Shown: one piece after another, positions 40,096 through 48,522 of the stretch
How positions within the stretch are numbered: position 1 is the first letter of the stretch
Layout: each line of letters opens with the position of its first letter
NCBI GenBank assembly: GCA_027065815.1
Contig: JAMONL010000222.1
Coordinates: 2,650-66,649, forward strand
DNA from: Sulfurovum sp.
GTDB taxonomy: Bacteria; Campylobacterota; Campylobacteria; Campylobacterales; Sulfurovaceae
DNA length: 64,000 nucleotides
Direction: 5' to 3'
Notes under the pieces: model-generated
Seen by the model: the letters and a program-made list of their open reading frames with translations, nothing else
Told to the model about the DNA's origin: nothing
The model's database searches: none
Translations under genes and position numbers: made by a program

Positions 40096-40299
40096 ATGTC
40101 AACATCTACACTGCTTATTTATATTTTTTTCGGTTCAGTGGCATTATCATACATGATGTACGGGAAGTCCCAGAGAAAAGCCATAGCGCTACTCTCCGGT
40201 ATAGGTTTGGCCGTATTACCCTATTTCAGCCTGGATCTATGGCTCATGGTATTTTTGTCTCTTCTAATGATGGCTTTACCTTTTTTTATACGCATATAA
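40096..40299 (+). CDS. Small membrane protein
   Basis: Hydrophobic 67-aa ORF with AGGA RBS. Confidence 0.65.
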   Translation: MSTSTLLIYIFFGSVALSYMMYGKSQRKAIALLSGIGLAVLPYFSLDLWLMVFLSLLMMALPFFIRI

Positions 40300-40382
40300 A
40301 GTGATTTTGATACGTATCAATCAAAAAAGAGTGGTAGCAGAGAATATACTACCCACTATCAATATTAACAATATCAATTTTT

Positions 40383-41060
40383 CTACGTTCTCCAAACCAC
40401 TTTCAACTCTTTAGAAAGCCGTGATGTATCAAAAGGGTTTTTTTCTTCTTTAACCCTTCCGATCGTATGCTCAGTAAAGACAAAGGGCTGCAGATAATAC
40501 GTGCCCTTATATCCTTTTTTAAGTAGGTCTTTGATGATCCTGTTGATCTCTTCTACTCTTAACAAATCACTATGCACTGTTGTCCTCACCTCAAAAGGAA
40601 ACTGCTTTTGGATCAGAAAATTAAGTGTTTTGGAAAAAGTGTCAAAATGTTTATCTTTTGTTATCTCAAAATATTTCTCTTTGGGGGCTTTGTAATCAAG
40701 TGCAATATAATCAACCAGGTCATTCTCTACCAAAGCATGAACCCTGTCAAAATTTATACCATTGGTATCCAGCTTGATCTTGAATTTTAGCTGCTTGATC
40801 TTTTGGCAGAACCCTACCAGGTCATCATAGAGTGTAGCTTCTCCTCCAGAGAGAACCACTGCTTCAAGCAGTCCTACTCTACTCTCCAAAAAAGCCAATG
40901 CCTCCTCCTGGCTTATCTTCCCCTCTCCAAATACGATGTCTTTATTGTAGCAGTATACACAACGCATATTGCACTTGGCAAACCAGAAAATAGTTGCCAG
41001 GTGATCCGGATAATCCAGAGCTGTGAAAGGAGTGATGTCGTAAAGAGGTTTATGCAGCAT
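40383..41060 (-). CDS. nrdG: Anaerobic RNR activating enzyme (radical SAM)
   Basis: DYPDH, CNMRCVYCYN, SGGEAT, EVRTT; likely start ATG 41060. Confidence 0.93.
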   Translation of the reverse strand: MLHKPLYDITPFTALDYPDHLATIFWFAKCNMRCVYCYNKDIVFGEGKISQEEALAFLESRVGLLEAVVLSGGEATLYDDLVGFCQKIKQLKFKIKLDTNGINFDRVHALVENDLVDYIALDYKAPKEKYFEITKDKHFDTFSKTLNFLIQKQFPFEVRTTVHSDLLRVEEINRIIKDLLKKGYKGTYYLQPFVFTEHTIGRVKEEKNPFDTSRLSKELKVVWRT

Positions 41061-41223
41061 TGATCTGTGATGCTCTTTCAAGAAAAAACTTTCTCTCTTG
41101 ATGCTCGCCTTTTTTACCGATATTAAAACTCTCGACCGGTCTGTGGTACCCCATTACTCTTGTATACACAATACATTTTGTTCTTTTCTCTTTTAACGAT
41201 TCAAGTCTTTTATTTTGATTCAT
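41050..41223 (-). CDS. Stand-alone NrdD glycyl-radical domain (57 aa)
   Basis: CIVYTRVMGYHRPVESFNIGKKGEHQER; AAGGAG RBS before ATG 41223. Confidence 0.88.
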   Translation of the reverse strand: MNQNKRLESLKEKRTKCIVYTRVMGYHRPVESFNIGKKGEHQERKFFLERASQINAA

Positions 41224-41552
41224 TTTATCTCCTTTAAAAAAATATCTACACACGCTTGTGCATTATGGACTAACATCTCTATCTCCTCTTTACTGGCATC
41301 ATCGATATGAATACCGCAAACCACCAACAGGTCTTCACCCATTTTATCATAAATCATATTTGCCATTTTCTCTGAAATAACATGATCCTGATGTCCTTTT
41401 TTGATCATGGTCTGCAAATGACCTTTTCCTTCTATCAAGGTTGCCGAACCCATATGCTCCTCCTCTCCGCCTGTGATAATAACAAGCCTGTCCTTACCTA
41501 TGGCATAAGACTCTAAATGGACACGGTAGCGCCCTTCTCCTGCACTGATCAT
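41220..41552 (-). CDS. LpdD/PAC4-like small His-rich protein
   Basis: GGEEEHMGS, GHQD, VCGIHID pattern; TGATG and ATGA overlaps with neighbours. Confidence 0.7.
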   Translation of the reverse strand: MISAGEGRYRVHLESYAIGKDRLVIITGGEEEHMGSATLIEGKGHLQTMIKKGHQDHVISEKMANMIYDKMGEDLLVVCGIHIDDASKEEIEMLVHNAQACVDIFLKEIK

Positions 41553-43648
41553 CAACACACCTCTTGCAAAATTTCTTCATCACATTTTGGACAATACTCA
41601 TGCTCACCGGAAAGATAACCATGTTTCTCACAAATAGAAAATGTCGGTGTTACCGTAATATACGGCAATCTAAAATTACTAATAACATTTCTCACCAGTT
41701 TTCTTCCTGCTTCTGCAGAACTGATCTTCTCTCTCATATAAAGGTGCAATACCGTTCCCCCTGTATATTTGCACTGCAGATCATCTTGCAAAATCAATGC
41801 TTCAAAAGGATCATCCGTATAAAATACAGGGATCTGGGAAGAGTTGGTATAGTAGTTGTTCTCCTTCGTTCCTGCCTGGATGATATCGTCATATCTTTTG
41901 GCATCTTCTTTGGCAAACCTGTATGTCGTTCCCTCTGCCGGTGTTGCTTCCAGATTGTAGAGGTTCCCAGATCTCTCTTGAAAATCTTTGAGCTGATCTC
42001 TCATAAAATCCAGGATCTTCATCGCCATCTCTTTTCCAAAGGTATCGGCTATCGTATGCCTGTCATTGGAAAAATTTCGTATCATCTCATTCATCCCGTT
42101 GACACCGATCGTAGAAAAGTGGTTGTTAAATCCTGGAAGGTACCTTGCCGTATAGGGGTAAAGACCTCTATCATACATTTCCTGGATAAAGATCCTTTTT
42201 TTCTCAAGTGTTGAATAGGCATACTCCATGAGTTTGGAAAGTCGCGCAAAAAGCTTCTCCTCATTACCGGCATAAAGATACCCCAGTCGCGCCATATTGA
42301 TCGTCACCACACCGATACTTCCTGTCATCTCCGCACTTCCAAACAACCCTCCGCCTCTTTTCAAAAGTTCACGAAGATCCAACTGAAGCCTGCAGCACAT
42401 ACTTCGCACATGTCCCGGTTTATATGCTTCTTCATTGGGTATCAGTTCACCCTTTTCATTTCTCACATACTGACTGCCTATAAAGTTTTGAAAATAGGAA
42501 GATCCGATCTTTGCCGTATTTTCAAAAAGGATATCCGTATTTTCTCCATACCAGTCAAAGTCTTCAGTGATATTTACCGTAGGAATGGGAAAGGTAAAGG
42601 GCTGTCCGTTCTTGTCGCCTTCCGTCATCACTTCATAATACGCTTTGTTAATAAGATTCATTTCAGGCTGAAAATAGCTGTAAGTCATACTCTCCAGAGA
42701 GGTAATACTTTCATCTCTCTCCTTGGCACGCGTCAATAACTCTTCATCATCCAGTCCTGAAAAAAGGTGATGCTGATCTCTTGTCGGTATCTGATCCTTC
42801 AAATCGGCAGGAACCGTCCAGTCAATGGTAATATTAGTAAAAGGGCTTTGCCCCCAGCGTGCCGGGACATTAAGATTGTAAACAAAACTTCTTATGGCTT
42901 TTTTGATCTCATCAAACGAAAGTCTGTCTTTAAATATATAGGGTGCCAAGTAGGTATCAAAGGAAGAAAATGCCTGTGCCCCTGCCCATTCACTCTGCAA
43001 AATACCCAAAAAATTTGCCATCTGTCCCAATGCTTCTCTAAAGTGTGACGGTGCGCTGCTCTCTACTCTGCCTCTGACCCCGTTAAACCCTTCATCTAAA
43101 AGTACTCTCAAGCTCCATCCTGCACAATATCCGGTCAAACAATCCAGATCATGGATATGATAATCTCCGTCTCTGTGTGCATACCCCTCTTCTTTGGAGT
43201 AGATCGTATCGAGCCAAAAGTTGGCAATCACCTTGCCTGCGGTATTATTGACAAGTCCGGCATTGGAGTAGCCGGTATTTGAATTAGCATTGATCCTCCA
43301 GTCGGACTTATCGATATACTCTTTGATGGTCTGTGTGGAGTTGATGTATGTAGTATCTTCATTCAGCCCCAATATCTGTTCTCTTTGGATTTTATGCATA
43401 TGACGATAGAGCATAAAAGACTTCATCACTTCAAAATGCTGATGGTCATAAAGTACCTTTTCAATGCTGTCCTGTATCTCTTCAACAGAGATCTCATCTC
43501 TGTTTTTGATACTCTCCATTAACTCCGAAAAAACACTCTTGTCATAGGTTTTTACTTCACTTTCAAAGGCTTTTTTAATAGCATCCTCTATCTTGAAAGG
43601 TACAAATTTTTGAGAACTTCCGTCTCTTTTTATAATTGTTTTTATCAT
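41552..43648 (-). CDS. nrdD: Class III ribonucleotide reductase core lacking the C-terminal glycyl loop
   Basis: ATP cone IIKRDG, YCAGW, RSMCCRL, EATPAE; ends at Zn site CEKH...CPKC. Confidence 0.95.
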   Translation of the reverse strand: MIKTIIKRDGSSQKFVPFKIEDAIKKAFESEVKTYDKSVFSELMESIKNRDEISVEEIQDSIEKVLYDHQHFEVMKSFMLYRHMHKIQREQILGLNEDTTYINSTQTIKEYIDKSDWRINANSNTGYSNAGLVNNTAGKVIANFWLDTIYSKEEGYAHRDGDYHIHDLDCLTGYCAGWSLRVLLDEGFNGVRGRVESSAPSHFREALGQMANFLGILQSEWAGAQAFSSFDTYLAPYIFKDRLSFDEIKKAIRSFVYNLNVPARWGQSPFTNITIDWTVPADLKDQIPTRDQHHLFSGLDDEELLTRAKERDESITSLESMTYSYFQPEMNLINKAYYEVMTEGDKNGQPFTFPIPTVNITEDFDWYGENTDILFENTAKIGSSYFQNFIGSQYVRNEKGELIPNEEAYKPGHVRSMCCRLQLDLRELLKRGGGLFGSAEMTGSIGVVTINMARLGYLYAGNEEKLFARLSKLMEYAYSTLEKKRIFIQEMYDRGLYPYTARYLPGFNNHFSTIGVNGMNEMIRNFSNDRHTIADTFGKEMAMKILDFMRDQLKDFQERSGNLYNLEATPAEGTTYRFAKEDAKRYDDIIQAGTKENNYYTNSSQIPVFYTDDPFEALILQDDLQCKYTGGTVLHLYMREKISSAEAGRKLVRNVISNFRLPYITVTPTFSICEKHGYLSGEHEYCPKCDEEILQEVC

Positions 43649-43708
43649 CACTGTTTCTCCCACACTTTTACAAGGAGCCCATTATAATAGAAGCTGTTTC
43701 CAAATGGT

Positions 43709-43722
43709 TTGACAACTGTCAA
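43709..43722. promoter_or_regulatory. Fnr/NssR-type box of the nrdD operon
   Basis: TTGACAACTGTCAA; TATAAT at 43681-43686 on minus strand; second box TTGATTAAAGTCAA at 43767-43780. Confidence 0.75.
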
Positions 43723-43801
43723 TAAATCAAAGATCTTTGATCGAAACATTTTATTTCTGTTATTTTTTGATTAAAGTCAATCAATTTATTTTAATATTAT
43801 G

Positions 43802-44821
43802 CTATGTGGTTTCCTGAATGACTTTTACCATATCAACCAGTCTTTTGGCATACCCATATTCATTATCCTGCCAGGCTGAGATCCTTAGCAGATCTCCTCC
43901 TGAAAGATCAGTCAAAGGAAGATTGATCACAGCACTATGCGGATTCTGTATATAATCGTTGGATTCATTTGGAATATTTGTAATATCAAGTATATCTCTG
44001 TACGAGGATCTCACCTCTTCCTCCAATCGTTGATTGACCTCTTCTCTTGTATAGCTCCCCTCAAGTTGGATACTTAGATCATAAAGGGTAGTACTAGGGA
44101 TGGGCACTCTAATACTTTTAGCATAAAGCCTCTCTTTGAGATGTGGGAAAAAACAGCCCGTCGCTTCTGCAGCAGAACTCATAAGAGGAATAATATTCTG
44201 TGTTGCAGAACGTGTTCTTCGTATATCTTTTGAGTAGTGTTTTCCATCAAGCAGATTCTGGTAACTCGTATAACTGTGATACATACTCATCATCGCAGCA
44301 TTGATGCCAAAATACTTATCGATGATCTTAAATATGGGGACAATGGCATTGGCGGAACAACTGCTGTTCGAAATAACAGACTCCTGTTTATACGCTTTGT
44401 CGTTTACACCCAAAATATACGTTGGTGTATCATCTGTTGCCGGTGCAGAGATAATCACTTTCCTTACACCATTCCTGATCAAAGGCAAATTCGATCCTGT
44501 TGTCAAAAACATACCACTGCATTGCAGAACCACATCTACATTTAAATCGTTTATATCCATATTTTCAGGATCAGGTTCCGAAAAAAGTTTTATAACCTTA
44601 TCATCGATAAAAAGTCTATCTTCCTTTACACTTATAGTATAGTCAAGCATGCCATAACTAGAATCATATTTTAAAAGATATGCCATCTGCTCATAACTAT
44701 AGAGGTCATTGATACCCACTAACTCCAGACTCTCTTCTTCCAGTATGATGCGAGCAGCACTTCTGCCTATACGTCCAAAACCATTAATGAGAATACGTAT
44801 CTTTTCAGACTGCATAGGCAA
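43802..44821 (-). CDS. gap: Divergent type I glyceraldehyde-3-phosphate dehydrogenase-family protein
   Basis: INGFGRIGR, SNSSCSAN, WQDNEYGY. Confidence 0.88.
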   Translation of the reverse strand: MPMQSEKIRILINGFGRIGRSAARIILEEESLELVGINDLYSYEQMAYLLKYDSSYGMLDYTISVKEDRLFIDDKVIKLFSEPDPENMDINDLNVDVVLQCSGMFLTTGSNLPLIRNGVRKVIISAPATDDTPTYILGVNDKAYKQESVISNSSCSANAIVPIFKIIDKYFGINAAMMSMYHSYTSYQNLLDGKHYSKDIRRTRSATQNIIPLMSSAAEATGCFFPHLKERLYAKSIRVPIPSTTLYDLSIQLEGSYTREEVNQRLEEEVRSSYRDILDITNIPNESNDYIQNPHSAVINLPLTDLSGGDLLRISAWQDNEYGYAKRLVDMVKVIQETT

Positions 44822-44941
44822 TACTCCATGCAGGATCCATAACCATGATTCTATCCATACCGATACGGGATTTTGTCATAAAAACAACTGTTTGATGATT
44901 TTGCATAGTAAGCATTATAATGAAAATCCATGGTCAGAGTA

Positions 44942-44971
44942 TTGACAGGTATCAAACTTGATACTTGTCAA
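44942..44971. promoter_or_regulatory. Back-to-back Fnr/NssR boxes for divergent gap and nrdB
   Basis: TTGACAGGTATCAA-AC-TTGATACTTGTCAA; -10 boxes at 44914-44919 (-) and 44994-44999 (+). Confidence 0.8.
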
Positions 44972-45034
44972 CAGATTTAGAGAATCAAAAAGATAAAATG
45001 ATATACTAATTTGATAACAATACAGGAGAAGTTT

Positions 45035-46048
45035 ATGGATGTAACACATTATTATAACCCTCAGGGTGAAGAGATACTCGATGAAAAGATCTTTGGCGGG
45101 TCACCTACAGGTTTTGTAGACTTCAACCGTTCCAAATACCGTTGGGACAGCAATATTTATGACCTGATGAATGCCAATACCTGGTTCCCCTCAGAAGTCA
45201 ATACAAGTTCTGAAAAAAAGAGTTTTGACAAACTTACCGATAATGAACAATCCATTTACAAAATGACTTTTGCTCAACTCAGTTTTAATGACTCTGCACA
45301 GGAAGAGTACCTTTCCGACTTCAGACGTTTGGCAAACAACCGTCTGGTCAAATCCGTACTCTCTCTGCAGATCATGCAGGAGGTCAACCACTCCAAGTCT
45401 TATGCTGTACTTCTTGATGCCTGCGGAAATTCCGATGAAGTCTTTAACCTTTACAAATATGATGCCGCACTCAACAACAAAAATCAGCAGATAGCAGAAC
45501 AGTTCGCACGTTACATAGACGGCGGATCTGTAGACAAAATGCTGCTCTCTGCCATGGCTTCAGTAAACTTGGAAGGTATCTACTTCCTGCTCGGATTCTC
45601 CTACATCTACCTGCTAGGAGACAAAGTACCCGGAGCAAGAGATATGATCAAGTTCATCGCCCGAGATGAACTCAACACCCACTTGCCGCTTTTTGCCAAC
45701 ATCTTTAAAACCATCCAGAAAGAAAACAAGATACAAACTTCTACCATAGACGCTGCCTATATCATGATACAAGATGCCGTGAAGATAGAATTGGAATACG
45801 GGAACTATCTCCTGGATCAATTCCCTATTATGGGAGTGACCCCTGAACTGATGAAACAGACGGTACACAACTATGCCAATGACAGACTGACAAAGATCGG
45901 CCTTGATCCGATCTTTAAACAGACAAGCACAACCTACTTGCAAAAACTGGTCACCAAACATTTAGAGATGAATGAAGTCAAATCTAACTTCTTTGAATCC
46001 AATGTCTCCAACTATGCCAAATCCAGCATTGACCTGAATGACTTTTAA
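45035..46048 (+). CDS. nrdB: Class I ribonucleotide reductase beta subunit
   Basis: FND, EVNHSKSY (radical Tyr), EGIYF, RDELNTH, NFFE...NY; ATG 45035 with AGGAG. Confidence 0.95.
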   Translation: MDVTHYYNPQGEEILDEKIFGGSPTGFVDFNRSKYRWDSNIYDLMNANTWFPSEVNTSSEKKSFDKLTDNEQSIYKMTFAQLSFNDSAQEEYLSDFRRLANNRLVKSVLSLQIMQEVNHSKSYAVLLDACGNSDEVFNLYKYDAALNNKNQQIAEQFARYIDGGSVDKMLLSAMASVNLEGIYFLLGFSYIYLLGDKVPGARDMIKFIARDELNTHLPLFANIFKTIQKENKIQTSTIDAAYIMIQDAVKIELEYGNYLLDQFPIMGVTPELMKQTVHNYANDRLTKIGLDPIFKQTSTTYLQKLVTKHLEMNEVKSNFFESNVSNYAKSSIDLNDF

Positions 46049-46950
46049 TGATGACCACTAAAGAGTTTCTTCCCTACCTTAAATGTGTAGGAACAGGGCC
46101 AAAACGAAACCGTGATCTTACAAAAGAAGAAATGAAGACCGTCATGCGGGCTTTTTTAAAACAGGAAGTCATACCGGAACAGGTAGCTGCATTCATGTTG
46201 GGTTGGAGAGTCAAAGGGGAGAGTCTTGATGAATTTGCCGCATCCATTGAAATTTTTGATGAATTCGTCAAACATGCACCTTTGGAAAATTCTGTGGAGT
46301 TCGGCTACCCCTATGACGGGAAAGTCAAAAACCCATACATTTTTCCTTTAACGGCAAAATATCTACAGGCGTATGATCTGAAGCTTTCTCTTCATGGCGA
46401 CTTACTGCAACCGGCAAAAGACGGTACCACGGTCAAAGAGATCTGTGACAACACTACCTTGCCTGACAATATCCACTATTATGACCGTTCAGAGTATTTT
46501 CCGGAACTGTATGAATTTTCCAGGATCAGAGAGAAACTGGGACTGCGTTCTTCTTTCAATACCATTGAAAAACTACTCAATATCACGCAAAGTGACACTG
46601 CTATCATTGGTGCTTTCCATAAACCTTTTATAGACAAATACATTGCCCTCTTTAAAGACCGCTATAAAAAACTCATTATCATCAAAGGCAATGAAGGGAC
46701 ACCAGAGATCTTTTCAAAGTGCAGTATCACTATTATAGAAAATGATGAAATCACAGAGATCAAAGTGGATCCTCGGGAATACGGTATTGAATATAAAAAA
46801 TCCACACAGCATATTTCACTTGAAGAAGCATTAGGGCAATTAGAAAATCCTAGTGATGAATTTATAAAACTTGCAAAACTCAATGCTGCCGTGATCTTAT
46901 ATCTCACGGGTAAAACAGACGCTATATCAGAGACGTACACTTCTCTATAG
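46048..46950 (+). CDS. YbiB/TrpD-like glycosyltransferase family 3 protein
   Basis: VGTGPKRNRDL, AFMLGWRVKGE, LGLRS, KGNEG. Confidence 0.85.
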   Translation: MMTTKEFLPYLKCVGTGPKRNRDLTKEEMKTVMRAFLKQEVIPEQVAAFMLGWRVKGESLDEFAASIEIFDEFVKHAPLENSVEFGYPYDGKVKNPYIFPLTAKYLQAYDLKLSLHGDLLQPAKDGTTVKEICDNTTLPDNIHYYDRSEYFPELYEFSRIREKLGLRSSFNTIEKLLNITQSDTAIIGAFHKPFIDKYIALFKDRYKKLIIIKGNEGTPEIFSKCSITIIENDEITEIKVDPREYGIEYKKSTQHISLEEALGQLENPSDEFIKLAKLNAAVILYLTGKTDAISETYTSL

Positions 46951-46951
46951 A

Positions 46952-46975
46952 GAGAAGAGATCTCTTCTCCTTTTC
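46952..46975 (+). terminator. Intrinsic terminator
   Basis: GAGAAGAGATCTCTTCTC palindrome followed by CTTTT. Confidence 0.6.
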
Positions 46976-47039
46976 AAGCCCATTCCCTATCCTATAACAT
47001 AAAAATATGTTATACTTTTAAATAATTGTAAGAAAAGGA

Positions 47040-47738
47040 ATGTCTATGTCATTAAGTAAAAAAATGGGTGCTGAATTCTTCGGTACTTTTTGGTTGGTTC
47101 TAGGAGGATGTGGATCAGCAGTCCTTGCCGCAGGTTTCCCTGAACTTGGTATCGGTTTTGCCGGTGTCGCGCTGGCATTTGGTCTAACAGTACTGACCAT
47201 GGTCTATGCAGTAGGTCACATCTCAGGCGGGCACTTCAATCCGGCGGTTTCTTTTGGTCTCTGGTCCGCAGGCAAGTTTGAAACCAAAGAACTTCTGCCT
47301 TATATTGTTGCACAGGTCATTGGCGGTATTTTAGGTGCGGGAGTACTCTACCTCATCGCTACGGGGAAAGCAGGTTTCGAAGTAGGTAGTTTCGCCTCTA
47401 ACGGATATGGAGAACTTTCTCCCGGTAAATACAATCTAACGGCTGTCATCATCACTGAAGTGGTCATGACCTTTATGTTTCTCTTCATCATTCTTGGTGC
47501 CACAGATAAAAGAGCGGTAGATGGTTTTGCAGGTATCGCCATAGGTTTGGGGCTTACCCTTATTCACCTGGTCTCCATCCCTGTTTCCAACACTTCTGTA
47601 AACCCTGCGAGAAGTACTGCAGCTGCACTTTTTGCCGATACAGCGGCACTTGATCAACTCTGGGTATTTTGGGTTGCACCGATCATAGGAGCTATTTTAG
47701 CAGGAGTTGTTTGGAAGTTTTTTAAAACGGAAGAATAA
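47040..47738 (+). CDS. aqpZ: Aquaporin Z
   Basis: SGGHFNPAV and SVNPARS (two NPA motifs). Confidence 0.96.
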   Translation: MSMSLSKKMGAEFFGTFWLVLGGCGSAVLAAGFPELGIGFAGVALAFGLTVLTMVYAVGHISGGHFNPAVSFGLWSAGKFETKELLPYIVAQVIGGILGAGVLYLIATGKAGFEVGSFASNGYGELSPGKYNLTAVIITEVVMTFMFLFIILGATDKRAVDGFAGIAIGLGLTLIHLVSIPVSNTSVNPARSTAAALFADTAALDQLWVFWVAPIIGAILAGVVWKFFKTEE

Positions 47739-47750
47739 TCACTAGATCCT

Positions 47751-47780
47751 ATAGGGGTAAAAGGCATGCCTTATCCCTAT
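47751..47780. repeat. REP-like palindrome / bidirectional terminator
   Basis: ATAGGGGTAAAAGGCATGCCTTATCCCTAT between convergent genes. Confidence 0.55.
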
Positions 47781-47788
47781 AAGCGCTG

Positions 47789-48076
47789 CTATTTATCCAC
47801 AGGACAGGTAGTACGTTTTAGCTCTAAAGGTTCTGCCGGACCTACCATCCCTGATGGTTTTATACTCGCTTTACGCCTAAAAATAGCTTTACAACCTGCA
47901 CCAAAATAAACCGTGCTGTTTACTACGTCTATCTTTCTGATCGTTACCGCCACTTTTGGATGCTGCTTAACAAAGTCAACCAAAGTATCCAGATCTTTTA
48001 TATTTTGATGCTGTGGCGGTAAAGCAGCGAATAATACCGCTGACCCCATCATCAGACTTAAAACTATTTTTTTCAT
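47789..48076 (-). CDS. Small secreted protein
   Basis: Signal peptide from ATG 48076; ALPPQHQN, two Cys. Confidence 0.7.
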   Translation of the reverse strand: MKKIVLSLMMGSAVLFAALPPQHQNIKDLDTLVDFVKQHPKVAVTIRKIDVVNSTVYFGAGCKAIFRRKASIKPSGMVGPAEPLELKRTTCPVDK

Positions 48077-48117
48077 TATAACCCTTTCCATCGTTTATCT
48101 CACACAATATACAAACT

Positions 48118-48513
48118 TTAGTTAAATAATTCAACCACACGCTTTTCATTTATCTCAATACCGTACAACGGTAGTTTCAAAAAGACTTCTCTGCTGCTGT
48201 CCACTAAAAAAAGTGCAGGGAAGACAATGGTATAATACATCTCTACAGGGTAAGACAAAGTCCCCTCATAGGTGACGATCACAGGCACAGTATTTTCATT
48301 GATATGAGTCACATACTGCTTGTTCATGAAACTATCTTGAATAATTTTTGATGAGAGAGGATCACTCTTTTTGACCACAAGCACCAACAGGGGCTTGTAT
48401 TCTTTTAAGGCTTTTTGATGTGCAAGATCATAATCGCCAAGCCAATTCACAAAATTGGCATGAAGAAAAAACGGCAGCAGCCAAAGCAGTACATACTTCA
48501 CAAACGACTGCAT
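48118..48513 (-). CDS. Thioredoxin-fold periplasmic protein without CXXC
   Basis: VNWLGDYDLA...KPLLV; DPLS at the CXXC position; cis-Pro-like FPALFLVD. Confidence 0.7.
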   Translation of the reverse strand: MQSFVKYVLLWLLPFFLHANFVNWLGDYDLAHQKALKEYKPLLVLVVKKSDPLSSKIIQDSFMNKQYVTHINENTVPVIVTYEGTLSYPVEMYYTIVFPALFLVDSSREVFLKLPLYGIEINEKRVVELFN

Positions 48514-48522
48514 AGCTTCATA

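Noticed and set aside
41220-41560. Frameshift, intein, intron or selenocysteine readthrough joining the NrdD halves
   Set aside because: The intervening DNA is a complete ORF in another frame with coupled junctions and no intein or intron hallmarks; the small gene has its own RBS
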